NCBI GenBank assembly: GCA_035295625.1
Contig: DATGIS010000105.1
Span: 8,074-72,073, forward strand
Source: Candidatus Acidiferrum sp.
GTDB lineage: Bacteria > Acidobacteriota > Terriglobia > Acidiferrales > UBA7541
Length of the DNA stretch: 64,000 nucleotides
Reading direction: 5' to 3'
The position numbers were made by a program, and so were the translations under genes. The notes under the pieces are model-generated. The model had not been told where the DNA came from. It did no database searches and saw only the letters and a list, made by a program, of their open reading frames with translations. Shown here one piece after another: positions 39,113-49,703 of this stretch (positions are counted from its first letter, which is position 1; every line of letters begins with the position of its first letter).

Positions 39113-40060
39113 CTAGACCGCGGTGCGTTTCGCGTATGCTTCTTTGAAATACGCGATCGTCAACTTCAAGCCTTCTTCCAGATTTACTTTCGGCTCCCAC
39201 TTGAGCAGCCGCTTAGCCTTGCTGATATCCGGGCAGCGCCGCTTGGGGTCGTCTTGCGGGAGCGCCTCGAAAACGAGAGGCTGCGCATTCGGAAAATGTG
39301 CGCGCACGCGCTCCGCGAATTCGAGAATTGTAATTTCCGCCGGATTGCCAACATTCACAGGGAGATGCTCGTTCGAAAGCATCAAACGGTAGATTCCTTC
39401 GATCTCGTCTGAAACATAGCAAAAGCTGCGCGTCTGCTTGCCGTCGCCATAAATCGTAATCGGCCTTCCGCTCAGCGCCTGATACACAAAATTGGGAAGC
39501 GCGCGGCCATCATTGAGGCGCATGCGAGGCCCATACGTATTGAAAATGCGAACGATGTGCGTATCGAGGCCGTAGTGGCGATGAAACCCCATCGTCAGCG
39601 CCTCGGAAAACCGCTTGGCTTCGTCGTAAACGCTGCGCGGTCCGACGGGATTGACGTTACCCCAGTACTCTTCGCTTTGCGGCGAAACTTCCGGGTCGCC
39701 ATAACATTCGCTCGTGGATGAAAGGAAGAACTTGGCGTTCTTGGCGCGCGCGAGTTCGAGCGCGTTAAATGTCCCGAAAGAGCCAACACGCATCGTTTCG
39801 ATGGGATGCTTCAAATAGTCAGGCGGGCTGGCGGGCGAAGCGAAGTGCAGCACATAGTCCACCGCGCCTTCGACGTTCAGCGGCTCGCTGACATCCGCCT
39901 GGCGAAATTTGAACTTGGGATTGCCTTCGAGATGGCTCAGATTCTGCGCCGCGCCCGTGATCAGATTATCGAGCGCGAGAATTTCCCATCCTTCCGCAAG
40001 CAATCGATCGCAAAGATGCGACCCCAAAAATCCAGCAGCTCCCGTCACAACCGCGCGCAT
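39113..40060 (-). CDS. UDP-glucuronate decarboxylase (UDP-xylose synthase) family SDR
   Basis: [48 protein letters not shown]. Confidence 0.9.
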   Translation of the reverse strand: MRAVVTGAAGFLGSHLCDRLLAEGWEILALDNLITGAAQNLSHLEGNPKFKFRQADVSEPLNVEGAVDYVLHFASPASPPDYLKHPIETMRVGSFGTFNALELARAKNAKFFLSSTSECYGDPEVSPQSEEYWGNVNPVGPRSVYDEAKRFSEALTMGFHRHYGLDTHIVRIFNTYGPRMRLNDGRALPNFVYQALSGRPITIYGDGKQTRSFCYVSDEIEGIYRLMLSNEHLPVNVGNPAEITILEFAERVRAHFPNAQPLVFEALPQDDPKRRCPDISKAKRLLKWEPKVNLEEGLKLTIAYFKEAYAKRTAV

Positions 40061-40149
40061 GAATCCTCCGAAAGTTTCGGGCTCCAGTTTAACGTCCGCG
40101 CGCTCGATTGACCACCCGCATGCCACACGTTACGATGCGCAGACTCGCA

Positions 40150-40803
40150 ATGCCATCTTTCCAACGTATTCACAACGAGCGAGGTCGGACGCGGACTTGG
40201 ATTGTCGCGCTGCTGCTGCTCGTGTGCTTAGGAGCGCTGGCATTCCTCCGAGTCGGCGCTTGGCTTGTGCGCGAAGATTCATTGCAACCCGCGACCGCGA
40301 TCGTCGTGCTGACGGGCGCAATGCCGGAGCGAGCCCTGGAGGCCGCGGAGATCTATCACGGCGGATACGCGCCCGAAATCTGGCTAACGCAACCGATCGA
40401 ACCGAAGCGCACGATGGCGGAACTCGGCGTGCCCTTCGATGGCGAAGAGGAGTCGAGCCGGCGCGTGCTATTGAAATACGGAGTGCCGGAACGGGCGATT
40501 CGCATTCTTCGGCCAACCATCGTAAACACCGCCGATGAGATGAACGTTATCGCCAGCGCCCTGGAGCCCGCGCACGGCTCATCGGTCATCGTGGTCACCT
40601 CAAAAGCTCACACAAGGCGAGTCCACGGCATCTGGAATCGGCTGGAGACCGGACGCGGGCAGGTCATTGTGCGCGCAGCTCGAACAGACTCGTTCGACGC
40701 TGCACACTGGTGGCGCACAACGCACGATGCATTGGATGTTGTTCGGGAAGTGCTTGGATTGATGAACGTGTGGGCGGGATTGCCGCTGAAGCCGACACGC
40801 TGA
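40150..40803 (+). CDS. YdcF/DUF218 family membrane protein
   Basis: N-terminal TM; AIVVLTG, NTADE, VVTSKAHTRR, RE. Start uncertain. Confidence 0.8.
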   Translation: MPSFQRIHNERGRTRTWIVALLLLVCLGALAFLRVGAWLVREDSLQPATAIVVLTGAMPERALEAAEIYHGGYAPEIWLTQPIEPKRTMAELGVPFDGEEESSRRVLLKYGVPERAIRILRPTIVNTADEMNVIASALEPAHGSSVIVVTSKAHTRRVHGIWNRLETGRGQVIVRAARTDSFDAAHWWRTTHDALDVVREVLGLMNVWAGLPLKPTR

Positions 40804-40817
40804 CTTCGCGTCCGATT

Positions 40818-41588
40818 CTAAAAAAAGAAAAACCGTTTCCGTCGCTTCACCGGATGTTCGTCAGCAATCTCGGGAACAAAGGGCAACGCGTGGCCTTCGA
40901 ATGCCGCGAGCGGGTTGTCGACAAAAAGCGCTTGCGCGGTTTCTTCCCCAAATTGCGCGGCGATCAAATCGAACGCTGGACGCAACACGAGCGGCCGTGA
41001 CTTCATGTTGTGCGCATCGCTGGCGACAAAATGCACCAGGCCTTGCGCGATCCAAGCCAGCGAGTCGCTTTTCGCTCCCGGGCCAAAGCCGCCGAGCAGC
41101 GAGCCTGCCGTCACTTGCGAGAAACACCCAACGCGCGCCCAACGCGCCAACCGTTCGGGCTGCGCCCGCAGAATGCCGTTGCGCTCCGGATGCGTGATGA
41201 TTGGCCGCAGGCCCGCCAGCTGTAAATGGTGCAGCATCTGATCCATCGCCGGCGGAATCGAAAATTCGTTAAACTCCACGAGAAGATAGTCCTTCTGATT
41301 GATGCAGAATTGCGCAGGCGCGATTTTCAGCGCGGCAACATTTTCAGGGTTCAGGTGAAAGTCGCAGCCGGTGGCGATTTGCAAGCGGTCTCCGACGCGC
41401 ACCTGCAGTTCTTCGCGGGCGGCGCGAACGCGATCGTAGTGAAACGAATGCTCGCTGCTTGCGTGGGGCGTCGCGACGACGTGCGTAATTCCATCGGCAA
41501 TCGCACCTTCCGCCATGGCAACGGAATCCTCGATGGTTTTAGCGCCATCGTCGAGTCCAGGCAGAATGTGGCAGTGAAGATCAACCAT
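40818..41588 (-). CDS. PHP-family tyrosine-protein phosphatase (CpsB/CapC/YwqE)
   Basis: DLHCHILPGLDDG, ATPH, THPERN, ASDAH. Confidence 0.92.
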   Translation of the reverse strand: MVDLHCHILPGLDDGAKTIEDSVAMAEGAIADGITHVVATPHASSEHSFHYDRVRAAREELQVRVGDRLQIATGCDFHLNPENVAALKIAPAQFCINQKDYLLVEFNEFSIPPAMDQMLHHLQLAGLRPIITHPERNGILRAQPERLARWARVGCFSQVTAGSLLGGFGPGAKSDSLAWIAQGLVHFVASDAHNMKSRPLVLRPAFDLIAAQFGEETAQALFVDNPLAAFEGHALPFVPEIADEHPVKRRKRFFFF

Positions 41589-41600
41589 ATCGTCCTAGTT

Positions 41601-41972
41601 TCAGCGCTTCCAGCTCCCGAGTGCTTCCCACGCGCCAAGCAAGAGCAGCAACGCAGCGAAAACCTGGCGCATGCGGCGCGGTTCAATGCGTTTCGCGATT
41701 TTTGCGCCGAAAATTCCGCCAACAAAAAGGCCAGGGATCAGAAGAAGACCCGTAAGCCAGGAAACATAGCCGGATTTGGCATATGCGAGAACGGCTAGCA
41801 GTCCCGTGGGCGGAATCAACGCAACAAGACTCGTTCCCTGCGCGCGGTGCTGATCAAACGCGAGTAACAAACCAAAAATAGGGATCAGAACGATTCCGCC
41901 GCCAATTCCAAATAACCCAGAAGCAATACCGCCGGCGATTCCCGCCAAAAGAAAACCGATGATCTTCTTCAT
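41601..41972 (-). CDS. Half-length TauE/SafE (TSUP) transporter
   Basis: SGLFGIGGGIVLIP, QHRAQGTSL; about 4 TM helices. Confidence 0.85.
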   Translation of the reverse strand: MKKIIGFLLAGIAGGIASGLFGIGGGIVLIPIFGLLLAFDQHRAQGTSLVALIPPTGLLAVLAYAKSGYVSWLTGLLLIPGLFVGGIFGAKIAKRIEPRRMRQVFAALLLLLGAWEALGSWKR

Positions 41973-42392
41973 CTAGACGTCCCCTTTCGCAACTGCCGCG
42001 GAAGCTGGCGGTGACCCATGCTTCGACGCCTTGCTCCACAGCAAAATCGCCGACACCATCAGAAACCCTCCGAAACACTGCGTTAGCAGCCGCGAAGACA
42101 TCGGCACGGCAATTCTTCCGCCCAGATAACCGCCAAAGAGCATTCCAACTGCACAATAGATGCCCGCTTGAAAATCGACCGCGCCTTTCTTTCTATATTC
42201 GAGCAGCGCGCCAAGCCCGATCGGCGGAAGCAGAACAAAAAGCGAAGTTCCCTGCGCCGCGTGTTGATCCATATGCAAAAGATGCACCAGGGCGGGCACG
42301 AGCACCACCCCACCGCCAATACCGAGCAAGCCGACGAGAATTCCCGCGCACAAACCGATGAACAGGATGACAAACGTCATGCGAAGAGCCAT
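41973..42392 (-). CDS. Half-length TauE/SafE (TSUP) transporter
   Basis: GLLGIGGGVVLVP, QHAAQGTSL; about 4 TM helices. Confidence 0.85.
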   Translation of the reverse strand: MALRMTFVILFIGLCAGILVGLLGIGGGVVLVPALVHLLHMDQHAAQGTSLFVLLPPIGLGALLEYRKKGAVDFQAGIYCAVGMLFGGYLGGRIAVPMSSRLLTQCFGGFLMVSAILLWSKASKHGSPPASAAVAKGDV

Positions 42393-42564
42393 GTCCTTTC
42401 GAACGGAATCCGCGATGGCGCTAAGCGGCGGCTTCGATTCTGGCCTATCTAGCCCGTGCTGCCAAGCTTTTGGAGCGGCCCGCGCTACCTGCTATATTTT
42501 AATTTCAGCCTAATATCCGTGTGCCATCGTAAGGCAGTTACTATGAAGGGGTGAGTGTACATTC

Positions 42565-43920
42565 ATGCCAGTGGATCGAAAGCCGGAGTTTTTCAAAGGC
42601 GCGCAGCTAAAGGTCGCCATTATCGGATGCGGGTACGTGGGCCTGCCTCTTGCGTTGCGATTTGCCGAAGCGGGGCACAAGGTGACGGGTTTTGACACCG
42701 ACCCGGAAAAAGTCAGCCACCTCAATGCGGGCCGATCATACATCGAACATATTCCGCAAACGAAAATTCAGCAGTACGTAAATTCGCGGCATTTTTCAGC
42801 GACTACGGACTTCGCGAAATTAAGAGACGTCGACGCAATTCTGATTTGCGTGCCTACGCCGCTCGACGAGCGCCGTGAACCCGACCTGACTTACGTCCGG
42901 CAGACGGCCGAATCGATTCTGCCTCACCTGCAAAAGGGCCAGATGATCGTGCTGGAATCGACGACGTATCCGGGCACGACGGAAGAACTCGTCCTCCCGA
43001 TTCTCGAATCGAACGGAATGCGCTGCCCAATCGCAAGCGGAGCCGCGAGCGACAATATCCCGTGCGATTTTTTTCTGGCATTTTCACCCGAACGCGAGGA
43101 TCCGGGAAACAAACAGTACGGCCTCGCGCAAATTCCCAAAGTTGTCGGCGGCGTAAATCCCCCCAGCGGCCGCGCAGCGCAAGCACTCTATGCGCAGGTT
43201 GTCTCGCGCGTGATTCCCGTCAGCTCCACTCGCGCTGCGGAGATGGCCAAGCTGCTCGAGAATATTTTTCGCTGCGTGAACATCGCGCTAGTCAACGAAT
43301 TGAAGCTGCTCAGCCTCCGCATGGGCATCGATATCTGGGAAGTGATTGACGCGGCTTCGACAAAACCGTTTGGATTTATGCCCTTCTATCCCGGCCCTGG
43401 ACTTGGCGGCCACTGCATTCCCGTCGACCCGTTTTATCTCTCCTGGAAAGCGCGCGAATACGACTTCGCCACGCGCTTCATCGAGCTGGCCGGCGAAATT
43501 AACACGTCGATGCCGTATCACGTCGTCGAAGCGATTGCCACGGCGCTGAACAAGCAGAAGAAAAGTCTGAACGGTTCAAAACTCCTGGTGCTAGGCGTGG
43601 CGTACAAGAAAGATGTCGACGACCTGCGCGAATCGCCGACCCTGAAAATCATGCAATTACTGCAAGGTCGCGGCGCGCACGTAGATTACAACGATCCCTA
43701 CTTCGCGCAATTACACCGCATGCGGCACTACAACTACGAAGGCATGAAGTCCGTGCCGCTCTCGCCGCAGACGCTCGCTTCCTACGACGGCGTGGTCATT
43801 GCCACGGACCACTCCACCTACGATTACAACGCGATTGTAGACAGCTCGAAGCTCGTCGTGGACACGCGCAACGCTACGCGCCGAGTCGTGCGCAATCGCG
43901 ATCGAATTGTTCTTTGCTAA
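42565..43920 (+). CDS. Nucleotide-sugar dehydrogenase, UDP-GlcNAc 6-dehydrogenase (WbpA-like)
   Basis: GCGYVGLPLA, ESTTYPGTT, SPEREDPGN, GLGGHCIPVDP, AYKKDVDDLRESP. Confidence 0.9.
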   Translation: MPVDRKPEFFKGAQLKVAIIGCGYVGLPLALRFAEAGHKVTGFDTDPEKVSHLNAGRSYIEHIPQTKIQQYVNSRHFSATTDFAKLRDVDAILICVPTPLDERREPDLTYVRQTAESILPHLQKGQMIVLESTTYPGTTEELVLPILESNGMRCPIASGAASDNIPCDFFLAFSPEREDPGNKQYGLAQIPKVVGGVNPPSGRAAQALYAQVVSRVIPVSSTRAAEMAKLLENIFRCVNIALVNELKLLSLRMGIDIWEVIDAASTKPFGFMPFYPGPGLGGHCIPVDPFYLSWKAREYDFATRFIELAGEINTSMPYHVVEAIATALNKQKKSLNGSKLLVLGVAYKKDVDDLRESPTLKIMQLLQGRGAHVDYNDPYFAQLHRMRHYNYEGMKSVPLSPQTLASYDGVVIATDHSTYDYNAIVDSSKLVVDTRNATRRVVRNRDRIVLC

Positions 43921-43951
43921 GACTAGATGGCGCAGCAAGGCTTGCCACGCA

Positions 43952-44842
43952 TCATTCGCTCTTGGATTGTAATTCCACGCGCGCTTCCGCGAACGGCAGC
44001 ACAGCCTGTAGCAGCACCGGCGTTCGCGCCGCATCGTGCGCCAGATACAACGTGAAATGCGCGTCTTTCATTTCCACGCCGTTGTCGAACACCCGCACCT
44101 CAATCGTCGCGGCGGTAAATTTACCGGCTGGCACAACAACCTCTGACGTTCCAATCAGCCGCGCACGAACGTCATATAACTTTCGCCCGTCATACACCGG
44201 GCTTTTCACTTCGCGCGTCGAATCCCAATTCACCGAGCGCAAATACTGCATCATGCCCAACGGATCACGCGTTCCCGGCAAAACCACAGCGGCGGACATG
44301 CCCGCAGGCGCGGTTTCTCTTCCCGTACTCGTGAACCTCTGAATGGACTCCACCTTCTGCCCGCGTTCGCTCAAATGCATTTCGTACTGCAGGCCCGTAA
44401 ACGCATTCCCTTCGCTAAACGAATCGAACCGGTCGTCTAACTCAAAAATTAACCGCATCGCATTTTGCGTTTTGGCCGTCGCTTGAAAATGCCACTCCGG
44501 TTTGCCGTTCAGCTCCTTTTTATCGACTACCTGCAATCGAAGGCTTGCCACGTTGCCAACTTTCGCGAGGCTTGCGGCAAATTGCAAATTTTCTCCGGGT
44601 TGCGGGCTGAAGCTTGGCTCCGCAGAAGGCGGTTTCGCGGCGCCTGGCGCAGACGCGCCATTCGATCCATCCGTGGACAGCTTTGTGGGGTTCGCGGTTG
44701 CCGGCTCCGTCGCGTGCGCGATCGGCGTGAATGCCACGACCGGCTGCTCGCTTCCGCTCCGGAAATGCAGCCAGGCAAACCCAGCGCCGGCTAGAAGCAA
44801 CGCTGCAACAATCGCCAGATAAACGGACGCACGGCCCCTCAT
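43952..44842 (-). CDS. DUF3108-like exported protein
   Basis: N-terminal TM; PGENLQF, DPLG, VYDG, VVVPAGKF, RTPV. Confidence 0.75.
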   Translation of the reverse strand: MRGRASVYLAIVAALLLAGAGFAWLHFRSGSEQPVVAFTPIAHATEPATANPTKLSTDGSNGASAPGAAKPPSAEPSFSPQPGENLQFAASLAKVGNVASLRLQVVDKKELNGKPEWHFQATAKTQNAMRLIFELDDRFDSFSEGNAFTGLQYEMHLSERGQKVESIQRFTSTGRETAPAGMSAAVVLPGTRDPLGMMQYLRSVNWDSTREVKSPVYDGRKLYDVRARLIGTSEVVVPAGKFTAATIEVRVFDNGVEMKDAHFTLYLAHDAARTPVLLQAVLPFAEARVELQSKSE

Positions 44843-45056
44843 GTTTTGTTTGACACTTTGGCGCCGTCTCTCGGGTTGACAGTTCATGTTTCGTCGTACA
44901 ATTTTTACTTGCGCCGCAAGACTCGCTGCACGGTCACGCGTCGAAGCAACAGAGTATCAAAACTCACGGTTAGGGTGTTCGCTCCGCTTGGCGGATGCGG
45001 GTAACAGTAAACGAGACACCCATCTCAGGTCACACTGGCGGTTAGGAGCTTTTGCG

Positions 45057-46022
45057 ATGCAATACCTGGTGACGGGCGGAGCCGGTTTCATCGGTTCGCA
45101 CACAGTCGAGGAACTCGTCCGTAGGGGCGAGACGGTCGTCGTTCTGGACGATCTTTCTTCTGGCAAGGAAGAAAACCTCGCGGAAATCCGCAGCAAGATT
45201 TCTTTCATCAAGGGAAGCATCACCGATTTGGACGCGGTGCGCAGAGCGGTACAATCCGCCGATTACGTTCTGCACCTGGCCGCGAGAACTTCCGTGCCCC
45301 GTTCCGTGAAAGACCCTCTCGAAACCAACAAGGTCAATGTCGAAGGCACCTTGAATGTTTTGGTCGCGGCTCGCGACGCCAAAGTGAAGCGCGTCGTGTT
45401 TGCGGCGTCTTCCTCTGCCTACGGCGAAACGCCGACGTTGCCGAAAATCGAAACTATGCAGCCGGAACCGATTTCTCCTTACGGCGTCGCCAAATACGCC
45501 GGCGAGTTGTACGCGCAAACGTTCGGCCGCGTCTACGGCCTCGAAAATGTCTGCCTCCGCTATTTCAATATTTTCGGCCCGCGCCAGGACCCGAGTTCCC
45601 CCTACTCCGGAGTTCTCGCAAAGTTTTGCACGTCATTCCTTGAAGGCACGCCGCCAATTGTCTACGGCGACGGCGAGCAATCCCGGGATTTCACGTATGT
45701 CGAAAATGCTGTTGCCGCAAACCTGCTCGCTTGTGAAGCTCCAACTGCGACTGGCAAAGTCTTCAACATTGGGACGGGTGCCCGCGTCACACTCAATCAA
45801 ACGCTTGCACTGCTTGCGGAACTCACCGGAACCAAACTCGACTTCAAGTACGACCCCCCGCGCGACGGCGACATTCGTGATTCCCAGGCAGATATCTCAC
45901 GCGCCCGCGAATTCCTGAACTACGAGGCAAGCGTCAACTTTGAAGAAGGCCTTCGCCGCACTCTCGATTGGTATCGCGAAGCGCAAGCAAGAGCTCTCGC
46001 AAAACAAAAGAGCGAAGCCTGA
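45057..46022 (+). CDS. UDP-HexNAc/UDP-glucose 4-epimerase (WbpP-like SDR)
   Basis: TGGAGFIGSH, SVPRSVKDP, PYGVAK, LRYFNIFGPRQDP; RBS AGGAG. Confidence 0.9.
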   Translation: MQYLVTGGAGFIGSHTVEELVRRGETVVVLDDLSSGKEENLAEIRSKISFIKGSITDLDAVRRAVQSADYVLHLAARTSVPRSVKDPLETNKVNVEGTLNVLVAARDAKVKRVVFAASSSAYGETPTLPKIETMQPEPISPYGVAKYAGELYAQTFGRVYGLENVCLRYFNIFGPRQDPSSPYSGVLAKFCTSFLEGTPPIVYGDGEQSRDFTYVENAVAANLLACEAPTATGKVFNIGTGARVTLNQTLALLAELTGTKLDFKYDPPRDGDIRDSQADISRAREFLNYEASVNFEEGLRRTLDWYREAQARALAKQKSEA

Positions 46023-46036
46023 CCGGCTTCGCTCTT
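46008..46036 (-). terminator. Intrinsic terminator between convergent genes
   Basis: AAGAGCGAAGCC-N5-GGCTTCGCTCTT, followed by TTGTTTT on the minus strand. Confidence 0.75.
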
Positions 46037-46062
46037 CCGCTTTTCAAATTTGAACCCGCGCT

Positions 46063-49000
46063 TTACGGCTGCACGGTCTTGCCGTAGCTAAGCGGTTGGC
46101 CCGCCTTCGGCACGTCGTAATTGTTCCAGAACCAGAGCGGAGCCAACTTCTTTTGCTCCGGCCACAATTGGTCCAGCGTATCGCCTTCGAACAATTCCCC
46201 GTTCTTCATCACCCAGTGAATTGTGTTCGTGTTGTGGATGTCGTCGAGCGGGCTCTTGTCGAAAATGACCAGGTCCGCAAGTTTTCCCGGCTCAATCGTG
46301 CCGAGTTCTTCCGGCCGGCCCACAATCTTGGAACCGTTTAGCGTCGCCGCACGCAGCACTTCCATCGGAGTCATGCCGCCGCTCGCGAGCATCCACAGTT
46401 CCCAGTGATAGCCGAGACCTTGCAATTGTCCGTGGCTGCCAACTCCGACGAGCCCGCCTTCCCGGCTAAGTTTCGCCACTTGCGCGGCGAGCTTCGGAAA
46501 CTCGTACTCATCCTTACGGAACCACGCCGGCCGCCGCTTCGTCTTCTCGTCAACCACGTGATGCGGCGTAAAGCGATTCAGTTTCGCGTTGTCGTGCACT
46601 TCGCTGTACTCGTACCAGTAGTCTTCGCCGAACGGACCGCCGTAGTTCACGATCAGCGTCGGCGTCTCCGCGATCCCGGACTTCGCAAACAGCTGCAATA
46701 CGTCTTTGTAGAGAGGCGTAATCGGCAGCGTGTGCTCATTTCCGTGGAAGCCGTCGATCACATGCGTCAAATCGAGCTTCAGGTCGAGGCCGCCTTCGGT
46801 GGTCGGCATCATTTGCAGCTCTTTTGAAGCCTGCACCATGAACTGACGCTGCTTGCGGTTCCCGACGATATAGCTCTTGATGTTGTGCGTGCCGTAATAC
46901 TTCTGGTATTTCGTCAGCACACCTTTCACTTCTTCCAACGATTGGAAATTGTTGTCGGAGAAAACGCCCGGGCCGGTGGAGAAGGACCGGAGCCCGATGA
47001 TGTCTCCACTGTCCACCAGGTCTTGATACGCGAACATGTCGTTGCTTCCGGTCTGGACGTCGAGGCCGGCTGTCACGCCGTACGCCAGATTCGCCAGAAA
47101 AGCCCAGTTTTGCGTATCCAGAATGCCGCGTCGGATCTCGAACCAGTGCGCATGCGTATCGATGAATCCCGGCGTGATTGTTTTCCCTTTTACGTCGAAG
47201 ATTTTCGCTCCGGCAGGAATCGTCGCTTTCAGGCCGACGCTCTTGATGCGGTTGTCTTCGATGACGATGTCGGCGTTCTTCAGCACTTCGTCGCCCTTCA
47301 TCGTTACGATCGTTGCGCCTCGTAGAACGATCGTTCCCTTTGGCGTCTTCCGCGAAACTTCCAGGTCGATCGCGATTTCCTGAACGTCTTTTTCCTGCTC
47401 TTTAAATTTCTCGGGCTTTTTCTCTTCCTTCTTGTCGCCGTCCTTCTTGTCCGCTTCTTTTTTATCGCCGTCCTTGCCCTCGCCCTCTTTCTTTTCGTCT
47501 TTCGGCGGTTCGAACGAAATGGAACTGAACGGCTGCCGGAAATAGCTCGCGCCAATCGCCCACGTAATCGTCTTGCCGTCGTCCGCCCAGCCAAAATAAT
47601 CCGCTCCAATATCCGTCAACCGCTTGAGTGGCACGGATGGTCCGCTGGTATTAACCGTCGGCGCCTCACCGGCAGCTGCCGGCATTGCCACCAGATAGAG
47701 CTGATTGCTGATGTGCGCAAGCACCCACTGTCCATCCGGGCTGGGCACAATGTCGTCCGCCGGCACGGGTTCTTCCGCAAAATAAATTCCCTGCCCCTTC
47801 ACTTGCAGGTGCGTGCGCCGATCCGTTCCGTCATAGCGCAGCGAAACCAGCCCCGCCGGCGTGTAGAGGTAAATGCGATCGGGATCGTGTGTAAAGTGGG
47901 GCCCGCCGGAGCCGCGCGAAGGCAAAATCAAATTCGCGTCTCCGCCACCGGAGGAAATCCAGATCAAGTCCGCATTCGCCGTCTGGCCGCCATCAAAAGT
48001 TGCGTTGTCGCGGTCATACGCATTGCCGCGCAAGAGAACGATGCGGCTTCCGTCGGGCGACCACACTGGATTGCTGTACAGCCCAATCGACTTTGATACC
48101 TGCTGGGCCGAGCCACCACCCGCTGGAATCTTCCAAAGTTGTCCGCCGGCCGCCGTCCAGCTCACGTACGCAATCCATTTCCCGTCGGGCGACCAGGCAG
48201 GCTGGTACGCGTGCGCTTCCCCGGTCGTCAGCTGCGTCGGCTTGCCGCTCGGCAGATCCGCCACGTACAAGTGCGTCATCGCCGAAAACGCCAGCTTCTT
48301 TCCGTCCGGCGATTCCGTCGCGTCTTGAATCAGCCGCACCTTCACCGGCCCTTGCTCCACCTTTTGCGGAAAGTCCAGCTTCGGCCCCAGCTCCTGCGAA
48401 ACCTGCGCGGTAAACGGAATCACAGTTTCCGCGCCCGTCGCCAAATTCAGCCGCCGGATTTTTCCATCCTGGTTGTAGACGATTTCTTGCGCGCCCGGCA
48501 GAAGCGCGTACCCCGGAAACACGTCGCGCGTAAACCGCGATTCCTGGTCGTCGCGCGTAATCGGATACCGCACCCACTTATCTTCCCCGGTCTCGAGATT
48601 GCGCATCCGCAATCCCGTCTCCGTTTCAAATCGCGAAACGTACAGCAGCACTTTTCCGTCGGGCGAAAGCACCGGGCGAAACGCGCTCAGCGATTGCTGA
48701 ATGATCGTATCTTCATCGCCGGTCTTGCGGTCCTTCCGTTTGATCTCCCACTGCGGCAGCATCGAGTTGTAAGAAAACGGCCCATGCCGCTCCGCGTAGT
48801 AGAGGTACTTCCCATCCGCCGACGCGACAACGCCCACATCATTCGGCCGATCCTTTCGCTGGGTAAATGGCGTCGGCTTTGCCTTCGTGATCTGAATGCC
48901 CGAGCCGCCATCCACGTGGTACATCCAGATTTCGTACGACGCGATTCCCGCCGCCGCCTTCGACACAAAAATGTATTTCCCATCCGGCGCCCACGACGGC

Positions 49001-49473
49001 GACACAAAATCGCTCCCCGGGTCCTTCGAAACCTGCTTTGCGCCTGTTCCGTCAGGATGAATAATCCAGACGTTGTCCGTCCCTTCGCGGTCGGAAAGAA
49101 ACGCGATCCATTTTCCGTCCGGCGAAAACTTTGGCTGGCTGTCAAACGCCATCCCGCCGGAAATCAATTTCGCCTGCCCGCCTTCAATCGGCAGCGTATA
49201 AAGATCGCCCAGCAATTCGAACACAATCGTCTTGCCGTCCGGCGATACGTCCAGCGACAGCCACGTTCCTTCATCCGTCGTAAACTCAATCTTCCGGTCG
49301 CTCTTGAGCGGCAGCGATTTCTTCTCGTCCTTCTTGTCGTCTTTCTTTTCTTCTTTTTTCTCTTCCTTCTTTTCCTGTGCGGCAACGGCGGCACTCGCGC
49401 TCCACCCCGGCGCCACGGCTAGCCCCAGCGCACACACGAACATTGCCCGCCAAACGAACTTGGTCGCAGTCAT
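46063..49473 (-). CDS. Secreted amidohydrolase with TolB-like PD40 beta-propeller repeats
   Basis: Signal peptide; repeated P(xx)SPDGK; PGFIDTHAH; GSHGQLQGLGYHWE; GTIEPGKLADLV. Confidence 0.9.
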   Translation of the reverse strand: MTATKFVWRAMFVCALGLAVAPGWSASAAVAAQEKKEEKKEEKKDDKKDEKKSLPLKSDRKIEFTTDEGTWLSLDVSPDGKTIVFELLGDLYTLPIEGGQAKLISGGMAFDSQPKFSPDGKWIAFLSDREGTDNVWIIHPDGTGAKQVSKDPGSDFVSPSWAPDGKYIFVSKAAAGIASYEIWMYHVDGGSGIQITKAKPTPFTQRKDRPNDVGVVASADGKYLYYAERHGPFSYNSMLPQWEIKRKDRKTGDEDTIIQQSLSAFRPVLSPDGKVLLYVSRFETETGLRMRNLETGEDKWVRYPITRDDQESRFTRDVFPGYALLPGAQEIVYNQDGKIRRLNLATGAETVIPFTAQVSQELGPKLDFPQKVEQGPVKVRLIQDATESPDGKKLAFSAMTHLYVADLPSGKPTQLTTGEAHAYQPAWSPDGKWIAYVSWTAAGGQLWKIPAGGGSAQQVSKSIGLYSNPVWSPDGSRIVLLRGNAYDRDNATFDGGQTANADLIWISSGGGDANLILPSRGSGGPHFTHDPDRIYLYTPAGLVSLRYDGTDRRTHLQVKGQGIYFAEEPVPADDIVPSPDGQWVLAHISNQLYLVAMPAAAGEAPTVNTSGPSVPLKRLTDIGADYFGWADDGKTITWAIGASYFRQPFSSISFEPPKDEKKEGEGKDGDKKEADKKDGDKKEEKKPEKFKEQEKDVQEIAIDLEVSRKTPKGTIVLRGATIVTMKGDEVLKNADIVIEDNRIKSVGLKATIPAGAKIFDVKGKTITPGFIDTHAHWFEIRRGILDTQNWAFLANLAYGVTAGLDVQTGSNDMFAYQDLVDSGDIIGLRSFSTGPGVFSDNNFQSLEEVKGVLTKYQKYYGTHNIKSYIVGNRKQRQFMVQASKELQMMPTTEGGLDLKLDLTHVIDGFHGNEHTLPITPLYKDVLQLFAKSGIAETPTLIVNYGGPFGEDYWYEYSEVHDNAKLNRFTPHHVVDEKTKRRPAWFRKDEYEFPKLAAQVAKLSREGGLVGVGSHGQLQGLGYHWELWMLASGGMTPMEVLRAATLNGSKIVGRPEELGTIEPGKLADLVIFDKSPLDDIHNTNTIHWVMKNGELFEGDTLDQLWPEQKKLAPLWFWNNYDVPKAGQPLSYGKTVQP

Positions 49474-49703
49474 CACCTTCTCCTTCAATTTGCGGTTCAA
49501 AAAGCCCAGTTATCGCCCTTCGGCGCGCGGATAAGACTTCGCCGAAGGGCCCACCCCGTGTCAAGCGCTTAGACGCGAAACGCCGGGAAGCGTCTCATAT
49601 TTCCCGGCCTTTCGACAATCAACTTCCGGAAAATAACTTGGCACTCGCTCGCTACACACAACCTCACACGCGTGCTAGGCTATCCAATTGCTCCCATTGC
49701 CGA

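Noticed and set aside
45037-45049. ops/JUMPstart element (GGCGGTTAGGAG)
   Set aside because: Does not match GGCGGTAG and is explained by the RBS.
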